Positions 10,114 to 19,693 of a DNA stretch of 64,000 nt are shown in pieces. This DNA is from an uncultured Candidatus Saccharibacteria bacterium (GTDB taxonomy: Bacteria; Patescibacteriota; Minisyncoccia; Phycocordibacterales; SIBU01). Within the stretch, counting starts at the first letter, position 1. The number at the start of each line of letters is the position of its first letter. The translations under genes and the position numbers were made by a program. The notes beneath the pieces were generated by a model that saw only the letters and a list, made by a program, of their open reading frames with translations, was not told the DNA's origin and did no database searches. The DNA is taken from positions 3,192-67,191 of the forward strand of contig CAYHDB010000002.1 of NCBI GenBank assembly GCA_964355335.1, given 5' to 3'.

Positions 10114-10461
10114 TTATACCTTAATGAAATCGCGTATTTCTCGCAGTACGCTATCAAGATTATACCTCACATCACTATCGACAAACCTTAGAAACTTAAT
10201 CCCCAGTGATTCTAATGTTCGCTGTCGGTCAGTATCATCATCTATCTTGCTGTCATGACTTATCCCATCTACTTCAATAGCCAAGTTTAATGTCGAGCAA
10301 TAAAAATCAACGACATAATTCCCTATCGGACGTTGACGAAGGAATTGATAGCCAAGTTTCTTTGCTCGCAACTCTTTCCACAGCAAAACTTCTGCCAGAT
10401 TTTCTGCTTTGCGTAGGTTTCGAGCAATCCGCGCCAGTTTTTGATTGTAATGCAACTTCAT
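10114..10461 (-). CDS. DUF559 (Vsr-like) endonuclease domain protein
   Basis: ARNLRK...AEVLLWKELR...FLRQRPIGNYVVDFYC...IEVDGISH...RF; true start likely MKLHY at 10461. Confidence 0.9.
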   Translation of the reverse strand: MKLHYNQKLARIARNLRKAENLAEVLLWKELRAKKLGYQFLRQRPIGNYVVDFYCSTLNLAIEVDGISHDSKIDDDTDRQRTLESLGIKFLRFVDSDVRYNLDSVLREIRDFIKV

Positions 10462-10464
10462 AAG

Positions 10465-10589
10465 TTCCTCCTTTATTAAAGGTCGGAGTCCTCGGAGATA
10501 CGTCGGCGAAGGTGGCACATTCCGATGTGACGGAGGATTTAAATCCCTCCCCCTCGCAGACTCAGGTACTCCCTTTAGGAAAGGGAGAA
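10465..10589. repeat. Palindromic repeat directly upstream of the DUF559 gene
   Basis: CCTCCTTTATTAAAGG...GGATTTAAATCC...CTCCCTTTAGGAAAGGGAG. Confidence 0.8.
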
Positions 10590-12437
10590 TTAAGACGGGG
10601 TTTGTGCAGTAGGTTGAGTCTCTTTTTCTCCCTGTTCTTCCAATTCCTGTTTGGCTTGTTTTATCGCCAGAAGTTGTGATGGGTCTGATGTGATAATCTG
10701 GTCTTCGGTATATGAAGCGATGACTTTTATGGCAACGTGCTTCATTCCAACGAAGAATATTCCTTCTCCCACATCGCACTCAAGAAGTAGATATTTTTCT
10801 TCGTCGGTGAGATTGAAAGTTTTTTGGACACGTTCAATAGACGATGGGGATTGTTTCAGAAGCATCTGTATCGAGGAATTTGTAATAATCGGTAAACCGT
10901 ATGGAGATTTAAGAAAGTCGTCCACGTCCTGAGTGATTGTCGCGAGGCCGAGATAGTATTTGCGACCTCTCTTTGCTAGCCCAAGCAGGAAAGAAGCCGT
11001 ATCCTCGGATTTCATCATCCACCATGCTTCATCGATGACCAGTAGGCGCTTGCGAAGATTCTTCCTGATAGCGTTCCAGATATAGTGAGTGACGATGTAC
11101 ATTGCCACAGGTTTCAACTCGTCCTCCATATCTCGGAGTGAGAACACGATAAACTTTGCTTCAATATCGATGTTTGAAGGTTTATTTATAAATCCCGCCC
11201 ACGTACCTCTGGTGTATTTGGAAAGCCTTTGAACAAGTGAGTCCCCTCCCTCCATCCCCGCAAGCACCAATTCAAAGTCTGAAAGTAGTGGTGGTTCGAC
11301 ATTTCTAAAGTCCGAATCCGGAGTAATGTCTTTAAGTGCGTATGTTTCGCTGATGGCGCGGTCAATAATCGCATCCTCTTCTGGCGTTAAGCCACCAAGC
11401 ATAATTCTGAACAAACCCACAAGATTTATGATGTTTGAGCGCAGAACATCCGAAGAAGCCTCGTCTTCTCTGGGTATAGGAAGGTCGAAAGGATTTATGT
11501 GGTGAGTCGAGTTTAGCGAGATTGTGAAATATTTTCCGCCGGTCGCTTCTGCCATATATTCATATTCCCTTTCCGGGTCGATGACGATAACTTCGGTGTC
11601 AAACATCAGCGTTCGTAGGATTTCAAGTTTTGTATTGTAGGATTTTCCTGAGCCGGATTTCGCAAAAGTTATTGAGTTGTAGTTTTCCAAAGAAAATCTG
11701 TCGAAGAGGACCAAGGAAGAATTGTGGCGGTTTATACCGTAGAGTATTCCCTTGTCTGATGTAAGGTCGAATGAAGTAAACGGGAACAAAGAAGAAAGGG
11801 GTGAAGAATTGAGCTTTGAATGAACCATAAGCTCATCTTGAGCAATAGGCATTACACTTCTGAAGCCTTGTTCTTGCTGGAAAAGGGCGGGTTTTAGATA
11901 AATCAGCTTTGATTCTAGAATGGATTTGATTTCCGATTCTATCTTGTCCAGCTCCTCGTCACTCTTGCCGTATATTGAGATATATAGACCGACATCAAAC
12001 AGTTTCTCCTGCGCCTGCATCAGATTGTCTCGCAGTCTTTCAAGGTCTTGATAAGCTGTATCAAGCATAGGGTCTCGGACCATTCCCTTTTTCGCACGCT
12101 CGTTTATTTGGCTTTGGACCTCTGCCACTTTTTTCTGAAATTGACGTAAAACAATAGCCGTATCGATAGGATGAATGAATATTGAAATATCAAATACCTT
12201 GTCTAGGTTGATAATTGGTGAAAACCACCCTTCCGCAAGGAAGCGAGGGTAAGAGATGACAAAGAATGTTCTTACGATGGAGTCACCAAGGTTAAGAGCC
12301 CGAGGAGTCACCTTGAGTGCTGAAGGGGCGATGATATCTTTCAACTCCAAAACCCCGGATTCGTAAATCTCTTGGGGTAGGATGCTCGCAATGTCAGGAG
12401 CTTTGTCTTTTCTTTTTAAAAAATCAAATATTCCCAT
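10590..12437 (-). CDS. VirB4/TraC-like secretion ATPase
   Basis: Walker A AKSGSGKS, VIDPEREY, INPFD, Walker B VIDEAW, RGRKY, TQDVDDF; start taken at MGIFDF (12437). Confidence 0.9.
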   Translation of the reverse strand: MGIFDFLKRKDKAPDIASILPQEIYESGVLELKDIIAPSALKVTPRALNLGDSIVRTFFVISYPRFLAEGWFSPIINLDKVFDISIFIHPIDTAIVLRQFQKKVAEVQSQINERAKKGMVRDPMLDTAYQDLERLRDNLMQAQEKLFDVGLYISIYGKSDEELDKIESEIKSILESKLIYLKPALFQQEQGFRSVMPIAQDELMVHSKLNSSPLSSLFPFTSFDLTSDKGILYGINRHNSSLVLFDRFSLENYNSITFAKSGSGKSYNTKLEILRTLMFDTEVIVIDPEREYEYMAEATGGKYFTISLNSTHHINPFDLPIPREDEASSDVLRSNIINLVGLFRIMLGGLTPEEDAIIDRAISETYALKDITPDSDFRNVEPPLLSDFELVLAGMEGGDSLVQRLSKYTRGTWAGFINKPSNIDIEAKFIVFSLRDMEDELKPVAMYIVTHYIWNAIRKNLRKRLLVIDEAWWMMKSEDTASFLLGLAKRGRKYYLGLATITQDVDDFLKSPYGLPIITNSSIQMLLKQSPSSIERVQKTFNLTDEEKYLLLECDVGEGIFFVGMKHVAIKVIASYTEDQIITSDPSQLLAIKQAKQELEEQGEKETQPTAQTPS

Positions 12438-12447
12438 AGTTATTAAA

Positions 12448-12556
12448 ATATACGAACATACGAATTGGTGCGGATATACGAAATAATACGAAAACCGCAG
12501 TGTATTTCGCAAATTTTTCGTATATGTTCGTGTTTTTGTACCATTATTTTCGTATT
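12448..12556. repeat. TACGAA inverted-array repeat
   Basis: 4x TACGAA followed by TTCG(T/C)A-type units. Confidence 0.85.
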
Positions 12557-13202
12557 AGTTGATTTGGACAGGTTTATCCATCTCCCCTGGATTGAATATC
12601 TTATAAAGTAACTCAACCACTTCTTCCGTACCAAGCTGGGCAGCGCGGATGCCACACCGTACCAATCCCTGCTCTACCACAGACAGACGTTGCAGAAGTT
12701 GGCTTCGGTTTTCCTCGAAAACATCCTGCTTCGTTTCCCTTTTCTGTTCCGCCTCTTCTCTGGTCAAAAACCTTCCTGCCCTATCCACCAGCCCCCCTTT
12801 GCCTTGAAGTGGCGCGGGCGCGTATGGGACGACAACAAAAAATGTTTTTGTCATTATGTTTGCGCTCTCGGTAAAACTTTTTATGAAGCCGATGTACTCC
12901 CTTGTCTGGACTTTCATCAAATCGGTCGATTGTTCTTTGTAACGTTCTTCCAGTAGAGCTATATATGGTCGGATATCGAGTTTTCTCGATTCTATAAAAA
13001 GTTGAACTGAAAAATCCAGTGAGTTTAGAAAGTTTTGGAATTGAGAAATGATCGCGTTTTGGTTTTCCTGAGATTTCAAAGCAAAGTTCAGCGATGATGT
13101 CATAAGAAGCGCACGGAAAGAGCCGTCCTTGAGGACGATGATACCATCGCGTACCTCTTTGATGGGTACAAACTCTTGGGTGGCCCTGGGTGTTGTTGCC
13201 AT
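12555..13202 (-). CDS. VirB4-associated protein (TraC N-terminal-like) of the CPR cluster
   Basis: TQEFVPIKEVRDGIIVLKDGS...NFALKS..EQ..I...FQNFLNSLDF; lies between PrgI and VirB4. Confidence 0.7.
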   Translation of the reverse strand: MATTPRATQEFVPIKEVRDGIIVLKDGSFRALLMTSSLNFALKSQENQNAIISQFQNFLNSLDFSVQLFIESRKLDIRPYIALLEERYKEQSTDLMKVQTREYIGFIKSFTESANIMTKTFFVVVPYAPAPLQGKGGLVDRAGRFLTREEAEQKRETKQDVFEENRSQLLQRLSVVEQGLVRCGIRAAQLGTEEVVELLYKIFNPGEMDKPVQIN

Positions 13203-13300
13203 ACTAATTATACGAACATACGAATTAACGAAAATACGAAATTATACGAAAACCATAGTGGTGCCACAAAAGTTTTCGTATTTGTTCGTGTTTTGCTTCA
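13203..13300. repeat. TACGAA inverted-array repeat at the 3' end of the GxxExxY gene
   Basis: Multiple TACGAA units followed by TTCGT units. Confidence 0.85.
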
Positions 13301-13708
13301 TTATATCTTTTTTACATTATCAATGCGAACAATACGAATTGGTTTGATAATTTTTTCTCTAAAATTAACCAGATACCCTAAACGCATCTGGGTTTCCTGT
13401 AAGTAATGTTGGACTTGGCGGTAGTCTTCAGGAGTCAGTGCACGTTTCGCTTTCAATTCAAGGATAATTTTCTCTTCAATCAAAAAATCAAGTATATTTC
13501 CACTATTAGATATTGCCAATTCTCTTTTGTATGCAATTTTTCTATTTTTTAGCTTTTCTTCAATTATGTCCGCGTATTGCTTCTCTCTTCCGTACAATCC
13601 CAGTTCTTTATGAGCCTCAAGGAAAATTCCCACTAAATCGTAAGACAAGTTAGGGTATATTACTTTCGAGGACACACTTTTCGTATTTGTTCGTATATCC
13701 GCATCCAT
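13301..13708 (-). CDS. GxxExxY family PD-(D/E)XK nuclease-like protein
   Basis: LSYDLVG...HKELGLYGREKQY...D FLIEEKIILELKA...QVQHYL...GYLVNF. Confidence 0.88.
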   Translation of the reverse strand: MDADIRTNTKSVSSKVIYPNLSYDLVGIFLEAHKELGLYGREKQYADIIEEKLKNRKIAYKRELAISNSGNILDFLIEEKIILELKAKRALTPEDYRQVQHYLQETQMRLGYLVNFREKIIKPIRIVRIDNVKKI

Positions 13709-13722
13709 TCGTATTTTCGTAT
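13680..13722. repeat. TTCGTA half-array overlapping the GxxExxY start
   Basis: 4x TTCGTA. Confidence 0.8.
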
Positions 13723-14166
13723 CTACCTCTTCCCTCCCATCGTCTCGCTCGCTCCAGGACTAATGTTTTCATTGATATCAAGTGACCACGTCAGATCTTT
13801 CAGCTTGCTATCGGAAAGCCTCGGCACGTAGAGAAGTGGGGCGACAATATCTTCGGCTTTTTTCGGAACGATTTTTTTGTCCTGTTTTTTCCAGATGTAG
13901 AGTTTGCTTGAAATCATAAACTTAAAGGCTGATTCAAGCACTCCTATGAATGGCCTGTTGTTCACCTTGTAGAATGCCAACGAAAGACCGAAGGCAACCA
14001 CGGGAAGGATGAGTAGTATGGCCAGGATAAAGGAGATCGGCCCCACATAGGTATAGATGATGAAGGATAGACCTCCAGCACCGGCGACATAGACAAATTG
14101 CTTGATCGTGAGTGATCCGAAAATCTTGTCTTCTACCTCGATAAATTGTGGGACTTGAAATTGCAT
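13723..14166 (-). CDS. PrgI family protein (VirB3-like)
   Basis: MQFQVPQFIEVEDKIFGSLTIKQF, two TM helices, NRPF. Confidence 0.88.
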   Translation of the reverse strand: MQFQVPQFIEVEDKIFGSLTIKQFVYVAGAGGLSFIIYTYVGPISFILAILLILPVVAFGLSLAFYKVNNRPFIGVLESAFKFMISSKLYIWKKQDKKIVPKKAEDIVAPLLYVPRLSDSKLKDLTWSLDINENISPGASETMGGKR

Positions 14167-14169
14167 AAA

Positions 14170-14280
14170 TATACGAAAATACGAATTTTACGAAACTACG
14201 AAATAATACGAACACCGCGCTGGTGACACAAAAGTTTTCGTATATGTTCGTATGTCTGTTTCATTTCGTATGTTCGTATG
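14170..14280. repeat. TACGAA inverted-array repeat
   Basis: 5x TACGAA followed by 4x TTCGTA. Confidence 0.85.
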
Positions 14281-14297
14281 GTTAGTGTAGTGCGTGG

Positions 14298-16067
14298 CTA
14301 CATAGGCTCTCGGTATGGATCACTATTCTGTCCTACCCCAGGCTTGTTCGAAGTCACAACACTGGAAAGTTTCTGGTCTAGAATGTTTTTAGCTGATACT
14401 CCTTGCACAGGTATGGCGGTGCTGATTGGTTTTTGAATAGCTGGTTGAGCGACAGGAGGCGTTGTGATTTTGGGAGACATAATTGGAGCGGAAGGCAAAG
14501 GCTTTTCCGACATCACAGGAGGTGGTACTGAGCGGAGAGAATCAAGTTTTTGTCCAAGAGCTCCTCTTTGGATGACAGGTTCAGGTGGTTTAGGCAATGT
14601 TCCAGGTTGCCACGGAGTGTCCTGTGCTTGTACTCCTGGCTTTACGGCATCTGAGGAGGAAGGTTCTGAGGATGAAGAGGTTGTCGTCTGAAATTCTCCC
14701 TTGTTAAAGGTCGAAGTCCTCGAAGAAACGTCATCGAGAGTACCGCTTTCGGAAGCGGGGAGGGATTTAAATCCTCCGTCCTCGCCGACTTGGACACCTC
14801 CTTTAGTAAAGGTCGGAGTCCTCGGAGATACGTCGGCGAAGGAATCTGAAACAGGGATTCCCGTTTTTGGTTTCATTGGAACAGGAAGAGACGGACCTTG
14901 TGCCGGAGTGGTCTGGGCACTAGCTGGGGTAGCCTTGTTGTCTCGAAACCAGAGTGGTTTTGGATTTTCTATGTCACGGAGAATTGTAGCTCGGTCCGGC
15001 ACTTCCCCGCTGTCAGTACCGCCAAGGTTTGGGGCTGGTTTTGTAGAAGCCACTTGCGCAACCGGTTTTATAGGTATCGGCGATGAAGGTGTGGGAGGCA
15101 CGGTCTCTTCATGAATTTGCTTCAAGGCCTCTCTGATTTTTAGAAAAACTTCTGTGTTTATCTCTTGTGCAACCAACTTTACTTTCTCTTCAGAAAGACC
15201 GAGACGTCTGGAAAGATGAGGCAGGAATTGTCCCGGATGTGTAAAGCCAAGTATCACCATTCCTGTCTCCGCACCAAGCTCCCCTATCTTGTCCACATGA
15301 AGAGCGTATTTCCTGCCGATGTCCACCACCTTTTTGGCGGAGTCCACAGAACGTAGGGCCTCTTTTAGTTTTAGTGGCAGTTTTTCATACTGTTGGACCA
15401 TTTCTTTTTCAGAAACTCTACCATCAAGCATACGCAGAAGAGACTCAATCGGTTTCTCTGACATTTGTGTGTGGCTGGTCTCCATTATCGGTGGTTTCAT
15501 TCCCCCAAATCTTGAGTCAGTCTCTCCTGTCGGCAGGTTGCTTGGAGGTGGAGCGTATGTAGATGAAAATGTTGCACCTCGTACTACGGGTGGAGGAACA
15601 GTCGTTTGACCCCACGACGAAGATGGTGGCGGAGGAGCCATTCTTTTCGGAGGCAGTCTTGATGGCAAAGGCTGTGACAAGACAGAATCAACAACTTCAA
15701 GCCCTTCCACTTTCGGTGGAGCGGTCTGTACGGAAAGTTCTATCGGGATTTTGATTCCAAGTGCCGGAAGAAGTTTGGAAAAAATCTTCTCACTGATTAA
15801 GGAAACAATCTGAGGTATTTTTTCTCTGTTGTCTTCGTCAATCTTTTCGGTTAACCCCGCTTCAAAATCCTTCGGTTGACGTTCCTTCGTAATTATCTGC
15901 CGTACCAACTCGCACACCTCACCGATCTCCCGCATGGTCAATCCGACAACGTCCGCAATTCCCTCTATGGTGAATACCAGATTGTCATTCTCAACAACGG
16001 ATATTGCAGATGGAGGCAGTTTGCTGGTAGCAACAGTTAACTTATCGAATTGTTCGGTGTACGACAT
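14298..16067 (-). CDS. CPR conserved Pro-rich protein with two helical domains and C-terminal DPYREP
   Basis: Duplicated helical domain, Pro-rich linkers, terminal DPYREPM; start taken at MSYTEQ. Confidence 0.6.
   Translation of the reverse strand: MSYTEQFDKLTVATSKLPPSAISVVENDNLVFTIEGIADVVGLTMREIGEVCELVRQIITKERQPKDFEAGLTEKIDEDNREKIPQIVSLISEKIFSKLLPALGIKIPIELSVQTAPPKVEGLEVVDSVLSQPLPSRLPPKRMAPPPPSSSWGQTTVPPPVVRGATFSSTYAPPPSNLPTGETDSRFGGMKPPIMETSHTQMSEKPIESLLRMLDGRVSEKEMVQQYEKLPLKLKEALRSVDSAKKVVDIGRKYALHVDKIGELGAETGMVILGFTHPGQFLPHLSRRLGLSEEKVKLVAQEINTEVFLKIREALKQIHEETVPPTPSSPIPIKPVAQVASTKPAPNLGGTDSGEVPDRATILRDIENPKPLWFRDNKATPASAQTTPAQGPSLPVPMKPKTGIPVSDSFADVSPRTPTFTKGGVQVGEDGGFKSLPASESGTLDDVSSRTSTFNKGEFQTTTSSSSEPSSSDAVKPGVQAQDTPWQPGTLPKPPEPVIQRGALGQKLDSLRSVPPPVMSEKPLPSAPIMSPKITTPPVAQPAIQKPISTAIPVQGVSAKNILDQKLSSVVTSNKPGVGQNSDPYREPM
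14694..14846. repeat. DUF559-family palindromic repeat inserted in-frame in a CDS
   Basis: 14797-14842 matches 10467-10512 at 45 of 46 bases. Confidence 0.85.
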
Positions 16068-16105
16068 AATAATTATTACAAAGTAGTGTTTGCACAATGA
16101 ATAAC

Positions 16106-19100
16106 TTAAACAATATCACTTCTGTATTTAATATTCTTTGCATTTGCAGGATCGTAGTCTCCTGCTGCCTCAAGTTCTCTGTATATTGCCTGGAGTTTAG
16201 CAGGTAATCTTTCAATCGGTCTAACCAAGGCTTTACTGTTTTTGTCTGTGAATAAGTATCTAATAAGGTCTCTGTTTTGTTTGCTGACAATACCATTTCC
16301 ATCCTTTTCGGCCTGGTAATCACCCAAAACATCCTCTAGGAGTAATCTAACATCTTCACTGTCCTTGTCCTTAAAGTTTTGAGCAATACCAGCGTCAATT
16401 AGTCTGTGTACAGCTTTGCTGTTTCTGTTTCTGCTTCTTGCCCCGGCAATTTCATTTGGAGCCCTTCCGTCTGCCCAATCGACTGCTACACCGGTTCTTA
16501 TGGAGTCGCGGGCCGTATTTTCCGCGTAAGTTTTCCTAAAGATTTCGTTAAGTTGTTTTACATCGTTGTTACCTGCAGCGCGGGCCGAGTCGACTGCGAG
16601 TTTTGCAGCTTGGAATGCTGCAGATCTTTCTGCTAAGGTATTCTCCTGTATATAATTAGGATTACTCTTGCTTGCAACAATATCTAAAGCGCTATCCTTC
16701 AAAAAAGTCATTCCATCCCTTGTTTCTGAGGCAAAGTTCTCATCGGTGCGGAAGTCCTTATTGGTAAGGCCCCACCTCATTGTGTGAACAAGTTCGGGTA
16801 TTTCGAACATTTTAGGCATAATAGATGCGGCCAGTTGGTACTCTTCTTTAGTCATTTTGTTCCTTGCCCAACCCTTAAGATCTGGCTCTTTGGGGAGGGA
16901 GGGTTTTTCTTTAGGAGCTTCCCACATTTGACCTGAAGAACTTCTCGCGTAGCGTTTTCCATCAGCACCGATAGTTATTTGGTGTGCAGCAACATTTCCA
17001 TCTGGTCCGACTGCTAATTTTCCATCAACTATCGCTTTTCGAAGCTCAGCCATTTTTTTATCATATTCATCAACTTCTTTTTGGTACTCTTTAAAAGCCT
17101 CAACCTCCTCTTTCCAGCGTTCCCCTAGCATTTCTTGTTTCTCTGGAACCGTCCAATCCTTTGACGCCATTACAGCTTTAAGTTGTTTTAGGTTTGCAAA
17201 CTTTGCCATTTTGGCAATCAGATGTTCGTCCATGTCAGCAAAATCCTCAGGAGTAATAAGGTTAAGATTACGAGACATCTCCCCTTGAGCTTTTTTCCTT
17301 GCACTTTCTTGCGCAGCCTTTTCCTTTTCTCGTGCATCCGTCATACCCCGGGCAACCGTTAGGTCAGAACCCGTTAGTCTGTTTGAGACCCCAGTGTGGT
17401 CAGTGAAGGTCTCACCGGGTTTTTCAAAGTAAGCATTTGAATAGCTAGCTATTGCGTTTAGAAATGCCTGTTCTCCTGGCTGTCCGGCCGCGTAATCACT
17501 TCTTTTTGGAGTATCTGTAACTAAACTGTTATGAAAATTTTGGGCATCTATAAAGTCGGCATCAGTAGCATAATTTTCTCTTTTTGGTGCAAACTTCCTC
17601 ATGAATTTTTCCATAGCAGCCAAAAAACCAGCTATGTCTATGTTGCCGTTCTTATCCGTGAATTTCTTTATATCCGGTTTGGAGCCGTCCTCTAGTGCTG
17701 CGTCAGCCACTTCCATTGCATGCAGTCCTTTTTCCGCATCTTCCTTGCGTTCTATGGCGTATCTCCTGCTTCTTAGTTTTTCACTCTCTTCATAAGATTC
17801 ATGCAAAGATTTTTCGCCTCCAAACTTGGCATGCACAGCCCTCCCAGTTGTTTGTTCGCGGATGAAACTTCCAAGTTCTGTTGCCCCAAAACCACTCTTG
17901 CCCAATTTTTTATCAAGTTCGGCGACATCAGCATATTTTTGCCATCTTTCTGATTTTTCTTCAATTCCTTTTCCAAATTGTTTAATACCACTAGTTAACT
18001 TTTCAGGAGCCTTGCTTATAAGTTTGTCGCCCATGACAGCAGTTTTTTCCCCAAATTGTTTAATACCACTAAGTTTGTTTAAACCAGGAATTTTGTTTAG
18101 TAGCTGGCCCGTTCCTTTTATTGCACCTCCAACACCCTGAGTGGGTATTCTCAATACGTTAGAGGCACCCCTTAGGCCATAATTTGCAATGGTCCCTGCT
18201 GTGCTGATGAACCTTCCACTTGCCACCCATCTGGCCCCGGCCGAGCCGACATTTTGAGCGAACTCTAGTCCGTGAACCTCGAGTTTTTTGGCGATTAGAA
18301 TACATCCAAGCATCAATCCGATTACAAGTAGGAAGTTAACAACCATTGCTATTCCTCCACCGGAGCCAGTGGTGAAGGCAGAAGCCAAGCTTGGATTTCC
18401 TACACTAACGGATACGACACCCTTAAATGCATCAGACTGAATGGTTTTGACCACTACAAATGAAAGTGCCATGAAAGCGGGAGCGAAGATAACTTGTTTA
18501 ATTAGCGCTTCTTTCCAAGATTCGGCGTATTTTTCCCCACCCGGAAGTGCGTAGGCCAGGAACGCTAATGGTGAAAGCATCATTACGAACATAAGCGCTA
18601 TGGCCCGGAAGAGCATGAGTACGGCTCCCACAAGAAATACGTACGCAGCAATAAGCATCAATGCGCTTCCGAATATTCCAATTAAAATTATTTTCCCCCA
18701 GTTGATTGCATTTCCACCAAAAAGTGCCGCTCCTCCTGCGACAACTCCAGCTACAGGTCCGGCAGTCGCTGCCCCAACCACTGTTGCGGATCCTACGTCC
18801 CAGGCGCGTTTAAGCGCCGACATTACTATTCCACGTTTTTCTCCTCCCGCCTCCCCTATCGCCGAACCATCATAAATGGTTTGGATTTTCAAGCCTTGCA
18901 TAAATGCCCCAGAGAAACTCGCTGTCGAGCCTTCACTTGGGACAACTATGAGATTGTAAAAATGCATGGCAATGATGTTTGAACCATCAATTACCGTTTT
19001 AGTGATGAAAAGTGAAAAGTTTATGAGAAGCGCGACAATCACGAGATGTGTGACAAGCTCCTTCGTTTCTCCGGAGTTAAGCCCGAGAATTGTGCTGATG

Positions 19101-19693
19101 GAAATCCAAAGTAGAATAAAGATGAAGAAAATGTTTGAAAGGTCTCGGAAGATTTTCCAGCCGATATCCACCACTGGCACACGAGTCATCAGGTCCGAAA
19201 TGTTTAAGGTGAATTGCATACTGAGGTCGAAAATATAGCCTGAGAGATAAAGGAAAAATGAAACAACCCACATTAACAGGTTAACAGCCCAGGCTACACA
19301 GCCATCAAGGTTGAAAAGACCGCACCCTTTGATTTCCGGTTGCTTTGGTGGGGTTTTGTCGGCTGCAGTTGCTCCTTGGCTACCAGAGTTTTGCTCAACG
19401 GTCTCTCCTGTGCTGGTATCAACCGTTCCTCCTCCTGGAAGATTGTTTCCCTCAATCAAGCCGGTTTCCGGGTTTGGGGCAAAGAACAGATTTCTTGGCT
19501 GGGTTTGAGCTTGAGGTTGAGCAGGGTTTGAGCCATTTAGAAAATCATTTCCAGCAGGCTGTCGATTGTCCAGAGGGAGTAGTGCTTGGGAGTAAGTTTG
19601 GTGGGTAGGTATAAGTAACGCAAAACTTCCGATAATCGCAAATATCGCGATTGCTAGGTAAGGCAGTGTTAATTTTTTACAGAAAGATATCAT
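16106..19693 (-). CDS. Large polytopic membrane protein, VirB6/TrbL-like, with long cytoplasmic tail
   Basis: GWKIFRDLSN, LLINFSLFIT..VID, R.IAL..V..LSPLAF, W...L....F.P; located in the VirB4 cluster. Confidence 0.7.
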   Translation of the reverse strand: MISFCKKLTLPYLAIAIFAIIGSFALLIPTHQTYSQALLPLDNRQPAGNDFLNGSNPAQPQAQTQPRNLFFAPNPETGLIEGNNLPGGGTVDTSTGETVEQNSGSQGATAADKTPPKQPEIKGCGLFNLDGCVAWAVNLLMWVVSFFLYLSGYIFDLSMQFTLNISDLMTRVPVVDIGWKIFRDLSNIFFIFILLWISISTILGLNSGETKELVTHLVIVALLINFSLFITKTVIDGSNIIAMHFYNLIVVPSEGSTASFSGAFMQGLKIQTIYDGSAIGEAGGEKRGIVMSALKRAWDVGSATVVGAATAGPVAGVVAGGAALFGGNAINWGKIILIGIFGSALMLIAAYVFLVGAVLMLFRAIALMFVMMLSPLAFLAYALPGGEKYAESWKEALIKQVIFAPAFMALSFVVVKTIQSDAFKGVVSVSVGNPSLASAFTTGSGGGIAMVVNFLLVIGLMLGCILIAKKLEVHGLEFAQNVGSAGARWVASGRFISTAGTIANYGLRGASNVLRIPTQGVGGAIKGTGQLLNKIPGLNKLSGIKQFGEKTAVMGDKLISKAPEKLTSGIKQFGKGIEEKSERWQKYADVAELDKKLGKSGFGATELGSFIREQTTGRAVHAKFGGEKSLHESYEESEKLRSRRYAIERKEDAEKGLHAMEVADAALEDGSKPDIKKFTDKNGNIDIAGFLAAMEKFMRKFAPKRENYATDADFIDAQNFHNSLVTDTPKRSDYAAGQPGEQAFLNAIASYSNAYFEKPGETFTDHTGVSNRLTGSDLTVARGMTDAREKEKAAQESARKKAQGEMSRNLNLITPEDFADMDEHLIAKMAKFANLKQLKAVMASKDWTVPEKQEMLGERWKEEVEAFKEYQKEVDEYDKKMAELRKAIVDGKLAVGPDGNVAAHQITIGADGKRYARSSSGQMWEAPKEKPSLPKEPDLKGWARNKMTKEEYQLAASIMPKMFEIPELVHTMRWGLTNKDFRTDENFASETRDGMTFLKDSALDIVASKSNPNYIQENTLAERSAAFQAAKLAVDSARAAGNNDVKQLNEIFRKTYAENTARDSIRTGVAVDWADGRAPNEIAGARSRNRNSKAVHRLIDAGIAQNFKDKDSEDVRLLLEDVLGDYQAEKDGNGIVSKQNRDLIRYLFTDKNSKALVRPIERLPAKLQAIYRELEAAGDYDPANAKNIKYRSDIV

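Noticed and set aside
10462-10779. N-terminal extension of the DUF559 ORF to 221 aa
   Set aside because: Read-through of a palindromic repeat and of the VirB4 3' end; the domain starts at 10461
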